From positions 97,458,745 through 97,506,174 of the forward strand of contig NC_068984.1 in NCBI RefSeq assembly GCF_001194135.2: 47,430 nt of DNA, written 5' to 3'. Positions 34,315 through 45,308 of the stretch are shown one piece after another. Source of the DNA: Octopus bimaculoides (lineage: Eukaryota). Made by a program: the position numbers and the translations under genes. A model generated the notes under the pieces. It ran no database searches. It worked only from the letters and a program-made list of their open reading frames with translations, and had not been told where the DNA came from. Numbering within the stretch: the first letter of the stretch is position 1; the number at the start of each line of letters is the position of its first letter.

Positions 34315-36271
34315 TATGGGAAAAATATGTTTTTACATTCAGAATATATTGAGTTAATTCACTCAGTGATATATGAATTAATCACCACTAAGTATCGACC
34401 CAGGTTTTTGCCGATAGCACTTTCATTGATCTAATTACATTTTCTTTTTATACCGGAGAGCCACAGGAGATTTATCTTCAATGCATTGAGATACTCAAAA
34501 CCCACACAACTCCAATTAAATGTGGAAATAAATATTAAAGTATGAAAATTAATTGAAATAATGTTACCAGTTTCTCTATTAATACACATTTTTATTGTAA
34601 GTAAATGAAAGATACTAATCTTAAATGACACTTTCTGTAAAGATATACATTCTTTTTCCTATTCTGTGTGAAAGTCAGAACTAATCTTAATTGGTATCCT
34701 GTCAGAGTATTTAAATAATTACTATGAAGATAGTTTAGCGGGGCTAAGACTTGAAAGTACGTCAACTGTGTAACTGCATGGCTACAGTATATTGTATAAC
34801 TTGTCCTGAATTCTGGCCAATAGTATTTCAGTTGCAATCGTATGATCAATGGAAAATCCCATAGTTTCCTACCATAGCTGTAAATTGAGATTTGCACCAA
34901 GCTTTCGTAGGCAAAGGGACGAGGCGCACACAAGTTAGGTTAGGAAGTCCCAGAAATGACAGACAAACACAGGATTCTTGGTCGAATATTCGACTTCGGG
35001 TTAAAAAGAATCACTCATCTTCCATGAACACAATATTCTCACTTCTGCAAGAACTGACACTGAACATTCTTAATTCTCACATCTCAGATACACGAATAAG
35101 TAGCTACCTAATTCTTAGCCAACTCACTACTGATAATGAATGATACACCCGGTCTCAGGTAAATAACTGCTGTCATCATCGTAATGTTTATGTATAGATA
35201 AATGGTTTTCTCTAAAACTTGTAATAGATTTGATTTTGATATGAGTAACAATACGCAGACTGAACCAGCCAAACCAATTATTCAACACCATTTAAACAAC
35301 ATTCCTTCAATATAATGATATCTGCGTACATTAATGGAATACATATTTGAATACATTATTCCTTCAATAGCGGTATTAGCACACATTTTTACATGATATC
35401 CTGGTGCATTTTCGGCAATTTAATACAGATATTTGCATCTCAACGAATTGCATTTATATAAAAATGGATATTAATACTGAAAAAAAAGTCAGCACACATC
35501 GTCAGGTATAATGCGTATGTAGCAACAGTAGTAGTATGGGAGCATGCGCTGTAACAGTATGTAGTAGTATGGGAGCATGCGCTGCACTCACTATTTGTTG
35601 ATGATTCTCTACTCCTGGCGGATGACACCTTTGCATCACTCAGGCGACAATCCTCCAACCTATGGATCTGTTTAGGAAGTCGTTACTGGTGACGGTTTTC
35701 CGAGGTCGGTGTGCAAATCCTATCTTTACCTCCTTTAGTTGCCTTTCACGACACTCAGAGGAAAAGTTGGGTCTATTCTTTGACAAAAACCGGTCCCCAC
35801 ACAGTGCTATAACAACGTGAAATGAAGTGTTTTGCTCAAGAACACAGCACCCTAACCACTCGGTTATGTGCTGCCTTCACCATAACGCGTAAGTGATCTG
35901 ATTAAATCGAACCTTCGTTATAAAATATTCCACAAAGAATTAGTTCGAATGTTGTTGAATTTAAGGAATGTTTAAAATACCTGTTTTCTAATATTTATTC
36001 ATACCACACTAGATAAAACTACTGAAACCTGCTCGTGATAAAGGTTCGTGGATGATACAGCTAAGTCCTAAAATAATAATCAGGTACTAAAACGATCGAG
36101 ATGTGTTTTGCAAAAGAAAAATATTTATCACCTACTGGAATCTGAACTATTTGGTGTTAATTAAATTAACGTTATTTCGCTTTATTTTAGTGACCCTGTA
36201 TGAATATAGCAAATAAAATTTGCTATACCATTTATTCTAAGGAAATTTTAAAATATGTATTCTCTTTGCAG

Positions 36272-39200
36272 GAAAATGTATGCATAATGGACAAGAACGT
36301 CAAGGAATATTCCGAACTGAATGCAATATTTGTGTATGTTTAAAAAATGGCAAAGCATTGTGTACGAATAATCAATGTGATTACGGACAGGGATCTACTT
36401 GTATCTATCAAGGTAAACATTATAGGACAGGACAGACATTTCAACAATCATGTAAAACATGTACATGCAAACCTAGTGGTCAGGTAGTTTGCAGCGGCAA
36501 TGATTGTAATAAAACATGCACATATAAAGGGAAGCAATACAAAAAAGGCGATGAATTTCAAGACGACTGTAAAAGATGTAAATGTCTTTCTACTGGCTAC
36601 ACTGAATGTATCAATACCTCCTGTCAATGCAAATATGATGGTAAAGACTACAAATATGGAGAGACTTTCAAAGTTGATTGTAAGACATGTATTTGTCAAA
36701 CTACAGGAACAGTGAAGTGTAACAACGACAGATGTGAATGTTATTACAATAATGTGCGATATCAAAGTGGACAAAATTTCACTGATGGCTGCAACACATG
36801 CAAATGTCTAAGTAACGGAACAATTAAGTGTACTGAAAAAACTTGTAAATGTTATTACAGAGGAAAACTATTTAATGTAGGCGACAGATTTACAGAAGGT
36901 TGTAGCACTTGTTATTGTCAAAAGAACGGGCAAGTTAAATGTAAAGACAACGTCTGTCAATGCACGTACAAGGGACAAATTTATGTTACTGGACAAAAAT
37001 TTAAAGACGATTGTAATGATTGTGAATGTAAAGATGATGGAAACGTAAAATGTGATCAGAATCCATGTCGATGTACTTACAAGTATAAGGTTTATGAATT
37101 CGGAGCACAGTTCAAAGATGGCTGTGAAACTTGTACTTGTAAAACAAACGGTAATGTGAAATGTATAAGGGACAACTGTCAATGCACATACAAGGGACAA
37201 ATTTATGTTACTGGACAAAAATTTAAAGACGATTGTAATGATTGTGAATGTAAAGATGATGGAAACGTAAAATGTGATCAGNNNNNNNNNNNNNNNNNNN
37301 NNNNNNNNNNNNNNNNNNNNNNNNNNNNNNNNNNNNNNNNNNNNNNNNNNNNNNNNNNNNNNNNNNNNNNNNNNNNNNNNNNNNNNNNNNNNNNNNNNNN
37401 NNNNNNNNNNNNNNNNNNNNNNNNNNNNNNNNNNNNNNNNNNNNNNNNNNNNNNNNNNNNNNNNNNNNNNNNNNNNNNNNNNNNNNNNNNNNNNNNNNNN
37501 NNNNNNNNNNNNNNNNNNNNNNNNNNNNNNNNNNNNNNNNNNNNNNNNNNNNNNNNNNNNNNNNNNNNNNNNNNNNNNNNNNNNNNNNNNNNNNNNNNNN
37601 NNNNNNNNNNNNNNNNNNNNNNNNNNNNNNNNNNNNNNNNNNNNNNNNNNNNNNNNNNNNNNNNNNNNNNNNNNNNNNNNNNNNNNNNNNNNNNNNNNNN
37701 NNNNNNNNNNNNNNNNNNNNNNNNNNNNNNNNNNNNNNNNNNNNNNNNNNNNNNNNNNNNNNNNNNNNNNNNNNNNNNNNNNNNNNNNNNNNNNNNNNNN
37801 NNNNNNNNNNNNNNNNNNNNNNNNNNNNNNNNNNNNNNNNNNNNNNNNNNNNNNNNNNNNNNNNNNNNNNNNNNNNNNNNNNNNNNNNNNNNNNNNNNNN
37901 NNNNNNNNNNNNNNNNNNNNNNNNNNNNNNNNNNNNNNNNNNNNNNNNNNNNNNNNNNNNNNNNNNNNNNNNNNNNNNNNNNNNNNNNNNNNNNNNNNNN
38001 NNNNNNNNNNNNNNNNNNNNNNNNNNNNNNNNNNNNNNNNNNNNNNNNNNNNNNNNNNNNNNNNNNNNNNNNNNNNNNNNNNNNNNNNNNNNNNNNNNNN
38101 NNNNNNNNNNNNNNNNNNNNNNNNNNNNNNNNNNNNNNNNNNNNNNNNNNNNNNNNNNNNGTACAAGGGACAAATTTATGTTACTGGACAAAAATTTAAA
38201 GACGATTGTAATGATTGTGAATGTAAAGATGATGGAAACGTAAAATGTGATCAGAATCCATGTCGATGTACTTACAAGTATAAGGTTTATGAATTCGGAG
38301 CACAGTTCAAAGATGGCTGTGAAACTTGTACTTGTAAAACAAACGGTAATGTGAAATGTATAAGAGACAGCTGTCAATGCACATACAAGGGACAAATTTA
38401 TGTTACTGGACAAGAATTTAAAGACGATTGCAATGATTGTGAATGTAAAGATGATGGAAACGTAAAATGTGATCAGATTCCATGTCCATGTACTTACAAA
38501 AATATGGTCTATGCAATCGGAGCACAGTTCAAAGATGGCTGCGGATCGTGTACTTGTAAAACTAATGGTAATGTTGATTGTATAAGGGACAACTGTCGAT
38601 GCACATATAAAGGACAAATATACGTAAGTGGACAAAAATTTAAAGACGATTGTAATGATTGTGAATGTAAAGATGATGGAAGCGTAAAATGTGATCAGAA
38701 TCCATGTCGATGTACTTACAAAAATATGATCTATGCAATCGGAGCACAGTTCAAAGATGGCTGCGGATCGTGTACTTGTAAAACTAATGGTAATGTTGAT
38801 TGTATAAGGGACAACTGTCAATGCACACACAAAGGACAAATATACATAATTGGTCAAAAATTTAAAGACGATTGTAATGATTGTGAATGTAAAGATGATG
38901 GAAACGTAAAATGTGATCAGATTCCCTGTCGATGTACTTACAAAAATATGGTTTATGCAATCGGAGCACAGTTCAAAGATGGCTGCGGATCTTGTACCTG
39001 TAAAACTAATGGTAATGTTGATTGTATAAGGGACAGCTGTCAATGCACATACAAAGGAAAAACATATGATGTTGGGCAAACTTTTAATGATGTATGCAAT
39101 CAATGTGTATGCTTAGGTGGTTACAACATACGTTGTACTCAAAATACATGCAGATGCTTTTATAAAAATCGGGAATATAATTATGGGATGCAGTTTAAAG

Positions 39201-41398
39201 ATGACTGCAATACATGCACATGCAAGACTAACGGGGTTGTCACCTGTTCAAAAAATGATTGCTTCTGCACATATAAAGGAAAGCGTTTTTTGCATAATCA
39301 AGTATTTAATGATGATTGTAACCAATGCGTATGCTTAGATAATTATGTAATGCATTGCACCAGAAATAAGTGTAACTGTACGTACAAAAATGTGGTTTAC
39401 AAAATCGGAGAAGAGTTTAGAGACGGCTGTAGCATTTGTACTTGTAAAACTAATGGCATTCTTGATTGTTCAAAGAACGGCTGTCAATGCACATACAAAG
39501 GGAAAACTTATGTAACTGGACAGAAATTTAAAGACGATTGTAATGAATGCGAATGTAAAGATGGTGGAAATGTAAAATGTGATCAGAATCCATGTCGCTG
39601 TACTTACAAAAATATGGTTTATGCAATCGGAACACAGTTCAAAGATGGCTGCGGAACTTGTACTTGTAAAACTAATGGTAATGTTGATTGTATAAGGGAC
39701 AACTGTCGATGCGCTTATAAAGGACAAATATACATAACTGGACAAAAATTTAAAGACGATTGCAATAATTGTGAATGTAAAGATGATGGAAATGTAAAAT
39801 GTGATCAGAATCCATGTCGATGTACTTACAAAAATATGGTCTATGCAATCGGAGCACAGTTCAAAGATGGCTGCGGATCTTGTACCTGTAAAACTAATGG
39901 TAATGTTGATTGTATAAGGGACAGCTGTCAATGCACATATAAAGGACAAATATACGTAATTGGTCAAAAATTTAAAGACGATTGCAATGATTGTGAATGT
40001 AAAGATGATGGAACTGTAAAATGTGATCAGAATCCATGTCAATGTACTTACAAAAATATGATCTATGCAATCGGAGCACAGTTCAAAGATGGCTGCGGAT
40101 CGTGTACTTGTAAAACTAATGGTAATGTTGATTGTATAAGGGACAACTGTCAATGCACATATAAAGGACAAATATACGTAATTGGTCAAAAATTTAAAGA
40201 CGATTGTAATGATTGTGAATGTAAAGATGATGGAAACGTAAAATGTGATCAGAATCCATGTCGATGTACTTACAAGTATAAGGTTTATGAATTCGGAGCA
40301 CAGTTCAAAGATGGCTGTGAAACTTGTACTTGTAAAACAAACGGTAATGTGAAATGTATAAGGGACAACTGTCAATGCACATACAAGGGACAAATTTATG
40401 TTACTGGACAAAAATTTAAAGACGATTGTAATGATTGTGAATGTAAAGATGATGGAAACGTAAAATGTGATCAGAATCCATGTCGATGTACTTACAAGTA
40501 TAAGGTTTATGAATTCGGAGCACAGTTCAAAGATGGCTGTGAAACTTGTACTTGTAAAACAAACGGTAATGTGAAATGTATAAGGGACAACTGTCAATGC
40601 ACATATAAGGGACAAATTTATGTTACTGGACAAAAATTTAAAGACGATTGCAATGATTGTGAATGTAAAGATGATGGAAACGTAAAATGTGATCAGATTC
40701 CATGCCGATGTACTTACAAAGATATGGTTTATGCAATCGGAGCACAGTTCAAAGATGGCTGCGAGTTTTGTACCTGTAAAACTAATGGTAATGTTGATTG
40801 TATAAGGGACAACTGTCGATGCACATACAAAGGACAAATTTATGCTACCGGGCAAGAGTTTGACGATGGTTGTAAGAAATGTAAATGTTCAATCGGAGGT
40901 TTTGTAAAGTGTTCGAATGCATCATGTACGTGTAGTTTCAATGGACTGTTGTACCAGCCAGGGCAGTCCTTTCAATACGGTTGCAATACTTGCAGATGTA
41001 GCACCGTCGGTTCTGTAAGTTGCTCGCAGCTGCAGTGTCAGAACTGCATATATAAAAATAAAACTTATGATTTCGGTGCAGTTTTTTATGATGCCTGCAA
41101 TAGATGTAACTGTTCTATTGATGGTACCGTGGATTGTGAGAAGAAATTATGCCCAGTAAATTGCACGCATAACGGTAAATCGTATTCCATCGGTGATACA
41201 TTTCAAGTTTCCTGCAACACCTGTAAGTGTGCACCGTCGGGTATTGCAGTTTGTACGCGGAAAGCCTGCCCCTCGGTGTGCCAGTATTATGGAAAATCCC
41301 ACAACCACGGAGACATGTTTGCTTCACGAGACAAATGTAATATTTGTTTTTGTAATAATGGTATTACCCATTGTACGAGACGTGTTTGTTATCATTAG
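36272..41398 (+). CDS. Exon 2: tandem array of ~37-aa six-Cys modules (truncated VWC / pacifastin-like); secreted kielin/chordin-like or pacifastin-like polyprotein
   Basis: The stop-free frames either side of the N-gap (37282-38160) encode C-x-Y-x-G/N-x2-Y-x2-G-x2-F-x-D-x-C-x2-C-x-C-x3-G-x3-C-x4-C. There are 9 modules before the gap and 29 after, ending in TAG at 41396-41398. The frame offset across the gap is attributed to the estimated gap length. Confidence 0.93.
36961..40819 (+). repeat. Coding tandem repeat: 222-bp A/B dimer units, interrupted by a 444-bp divergent four-module block (39044-39487)
   Basis: The period of 222 is verified (TAC at 36967 and 37189). The segments 38156-39043 and 39488-40819 equal 8x111 and 12x111 nt. 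Confidence 0.95.
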
Positions 41399-42600
41399 GT
41401 AAGCAATATTTCATTTCATTGACGACTTATTGATCAGATAACGCCTAGAAATTTACACATTCATAGAAATAGTAATTCACCACTCTATCTTATTCTACTT
41501 GGTGCCTTATACTTTTGATTTCATATATAATAGCAATAAAAATGCAAATGAAATAATCATGAAACACATGAAATTCAAATCTTCCCTCATTTTCAGAAAA
41601 ACTATATAAGTGTGTATTGATGCAGTTTGAATTGATGAAATATGTTATTACATCAGAAAAAATATCGCTCAATATTCACATATATAGTATGAAACCAAAG
41701 CTGAAAAATCTTCGCTTTTCTGTAACTGTTGGGATTTATATAATAATAGTTCTTGCAAAAAATATATTCAAGATTATCCTAAAGCTTATGACTAGCAATT
41801 CAGATTTCTCTCAGTAAACGTTTGTTAAATATATTTTGTGGTAATATCCCATGACTTTCTTGCTTGGTAGTGCCATATACATCGTCAAAGAGGACAGTTT
41901 TCTCCTCAGAAAACATAGTTTATTAGGCATCCATAGTCATTCAAGCCATTAAAAAGAAGTTCACGTTTTTTTTTAAATTCTAGAAATATATTCAAATTGA
42001 AAACAGATTATGTAAAGAGATATCTGAATTTACTCAGCATTTGCAAACTTAAAATTCTGCCGGAATTCTTTCCAGCATCGATAAAATAAATATTTATTAC
42101 ATATTGAGATAAATACAATCTATGTATTTTATACAAATATATAATAAACAGACAGACATCGCCCATAAAGCTTCTATAAGACTGATGTCAACACTTTTGC
42201 ATAACAAATGTTGTTATGTAGTCAATTATTTCCGTTATAATATTTTAATCACATTCAATCAATGCAGTCTATAATATTAAATATCTTTTACTTACAGATT
42301 GAATGGTACGGAAGAGAAAACTTATTTTTGAGAAGGAATTTTTAAAAACAAAACGGTGTATACATTTTGAAAAAGATATTTTCGTTCATTTATTTAATAC
42401 CATAATCAATATTTTTAGAATGTATGTCGGCTAAATAAAAACTATTTATTTTCAAAGTATCTGTTTTGAATCTACTTTATGAAGTGTTTGATTGAATTAA
42501 TTTTTGAAAGTTACTAATGAATGCGTATGAGGCACTATCGCATACGCATTCAAAAATATGATTTATTCACACATTAAACTATATCCTTAATAATGAATGT

Positions 42601-42698
42601 AGGCAGTGATTTAGCTTAGTCGTTAGAGCGTTGAATGAAATACCTTTCCATAATTGTTCTGGCTCTTTGGGTTCAGCGTTCAAATCCCGCCGTGGCTC
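42601..42698 (+). mobile_element. Old degenerate tRNA-derived SINE head
   Basis: ggcagtgatttagcttagtcgttagagcg...gcgttcaaatcccgccgtgg resembles the head of the 6775-7176 family. Confidence 0.55.
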
Positions 42699-42960
42699 AC
42701 TTGGTAGTAAACTTAATTCACCACATTGTTAAACATAGTGCTTGGGTGTCTTTAGTGGAGTTCACTATGTTGTAAGTATTCGAGATAGGTTGTGCAAATA
42801 TCTTCCTTCTACCTGTCTGGAGGACCCTGATATACGTATTGAGCACAGTCCTCAATAATGAATTAATAGAAAATAACCTAATAGAATATTATACCATGTA
42901 GAAATACCAGCGGGAAAGATATATTTTACATCTTGAATAACTGGCATATATATGTATATA

Positions 42961-43345
42961 CTCTTTACTCTTTTACTTGTTTCAGTCATTTGACTGCGGC
43001 CATGCTGGAGCACCGCTTTTGGTCGAGCAAATAGATCCCAGGACTTATTCTTTGTAAGCCTAGTACTTATTCTATCGGCCGCTTTTGCCGAACCGCTAAA
43101 TACGGGGATGTAAACACGCCAGTATTGGTTGTCAAGCGATGTTGGATGGACAAACACAGACACACAAACACACACACACACACATATACGGCGGGCTTCT
43201 TTTCAGTTTCCGTCTACCAAATTCACTCACAAGCCTTTGGTCGGCCCGAGGCTATAGTAGAAGACACTTGCCCTAGGTGCCACGCAGTGGGACTGAACCC
43301 GGAACCATGAGGTTGGTAAGGAAGCTACTTACCACACAGCCACTC
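42961..43345 (-). mobile_element. Composite tRNA-derived SINE, full copy
   Basis: Collinear with 26898-27310 and 33529-33943, with a short internal CA array. Confidence 0.9.
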
Positions 43346-43824
43346 ATATATATGTATATATGTATANNNNNNNNNNNNNNNNNNNNNNNNNNNNNNNNNN
43401 NNNNNNNNNNNNNNNNNNNNNNNNNNNNNNNNNNNNNNNNNNNNNNNNNNNNNNNNNNNNNNNNNNNNNNNNNNNNNNNNNNNNNNNNNNNNNNNNNNNN
43501 NNNNNNNNNNNNNNNNNNNNNNNNNNNNNNNNNNNNNNNNNNNNNNNNNNNNNNNNNNNNNNNNNNNNNNNNNNNNNNNNNNNNNNNNNNNNNNNNNNNN
43601 NNNNNNNNNNNNNNNNNNNNNNNNNNNNNNNNNNNNNNNNNNNNNNNNNNNNNNNNNNNNNNNNNNNNNNNNNNNNNNNNNNNNNNNNNNNNNNNNNNNN
43701 NNNNNNNNNNNNNNNNNNNNNNNNNNNNNNNNNNNNNNNNNNNNNNNNNNNNNNNNNNNNNNNNNNNNNNNNNNNNNNNNNNNNNNNNNNNNNNNNNNNN
43801 TATATATATATATATATATATATG

Positions 43825-44770
43825 ATTAGTTATGCTGACGACACAAAAGTATCGCAGGTAGATAGGAATCCAGAGGACATCATGAAACTGCAGAAAGGCC
43901 TAAATGTAATATACATATGGGCTAACAAAAATAAACATGCAGTTCAATGCTATGAAATTTCTGGCACTCCCCTATCGGCCCAACGCCAGGCTAGAATCGG
44001 AATACACTGCACCAGAAGGTAATACAATAGCAGATTCAGAGTTGGTGCGTGTCCTGAGGGTTCACATGAGCAATGATGCAACATTCCATGCACATATTAC
44101 CAAGATGGTAACACTGTGCAGGCGAGTGGTTGGATGGATTCTGAAGATATTCAGAACCAGGAAAAGGAGGCTCTGCTATTCCTATGGGTGTCTTTCTTTC
44201 TCAGCCATTTGGACTACTACTCCCAACTATGGTCCCCAGAAAGTGTGAAACAAACTGTGGATCTCGAAGCAATCCTGCGCCAATACACAAAGAGATTGAC
44301 TCGTTACAAAAGATGGGGTACTGGGAGAGGTTAAAGGAGCTGAGTCTCTATTCCCTGGAGAGAAGACGAGAGATAAGCGGTGATATATATTTGGAAGATC
44401 TTGTAGGGTTTAGCTCCAAATTTTGGAATTGACAGCTACACCAATCCTCGAACTGGACGGCATTGCATCATACCAAAGATCCCATCATCCCCATCTAAAA
44501 TAATGACAGAGTCTGGGTTCCTAGGGCCCGCAATTGTTGAACATCATGCCGGAAACCTTAGAGATCTACATGGTGTTGATGTGGAAGTTTTCAAGGAACG
44601 TCTGGACGGACAGGTTTCTACCTGAGATGCCAGATGAACCCACATCGTGGCAGGAGACAAAAAGAAGAGAGGCTTCGTCTAGCTCGCTACTTCACCAAAA
44701 ACAATACCGGAAACAACGCCAAGAAACTACAGGTAGTGTACCAGCATGACCTCAGCCCTGGGCTGAAGAC
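43825..44770 (+). mobile_element. 3' part of a CR1/L2-group LINE (RT C-terminus), frameshifted
   Basis: ISYADDTKV, W...MQFNAMKF, HITKMV...GWILKIFRTR, LDYYSQLWSP and YWERLKELSLYSLERRRE. Confidence 0.88.
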
Positions 44771-44783
44771 AATAAAAGGTAAA

Positions 44784-44818
<35 letters not shown>

Positions 44819-45308
44819 NNNNNNNNNNNNNNNNNNNNNNNNNNNNNNNNNNNNNNNNNNNNNNNNNNNNNNNNNNNNNNNNNNNNNNNNNNNNNNNNNN
44901 NNNNNNNNNNNNNNNNNNNNNNNNNNNNNNNNNNNNNNNNNNNNNNNNNNNNNNNNNNNNNNNNNNNNNNNNNNNNNNNNNNNNNNNNNNNNNNNNNNNN
45001 NNNNNNNNNNNNNNNNNNNNNNNNNNNNNNNNNNNNNNNNNNNNNNNNNNNNNNNNNNNNNNNNNNNNNNNNNNNNNNNNNNNNNNNNNNNNNNNNNNNN
45101 NNNNNNNNNNNNNNNNNNNNNNNNNNNNNNNNNNNNNNNNNNNNNNNNNNNNNNNNNNNNNNNNNNNNNNNNNNNNNNNNNNNNNNNNNNNNNNNNNNNN
45201 NNNNNNNNNNNNNNNNNNNNNNNNNNNNNNNNNNNNNNNNNNNNNNNNNNTATATATATATATATATATGTTTATATATATAATATATATAACGTATATA
45301 TCATGTAA

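Noticed and set aside
35528-35584. 24-bp direct repeat (gtagtagtatgggagcatgcgctg x2) in intron 1
   Set aside because: It is real but an ordinary small tandem duplication with no further support for function.
37282-38160. Apparent frameshift between the two halves of the Cys-rich ORF
   Set aside because: It falls entirely in an estimated-length N-gap inside a 222-bp tandem array, so it is not evidence of pseudogenisation.
36961-40819. CRISPR-like or satellite interpretation of the regular repeats
   Set aside because: There is no repeat-spacer structure. The repeats are in-frame coding units in eukaryotic DNA.
37223-40855. Long minus-strand ORFs (626 aa and 461 aa) antisense to the Cys-rich exon
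   Set aside because: These are shadow frames of a repeat unit that lacks minus-strand stops. The Ile/Thr/Phe translation has no domain pattern and includes Ns.
6775-43345. tRNA-like A/B boxes
   Set aside because: They belong to SINE heads; no complete cloverleaf tRNA gene was seen.
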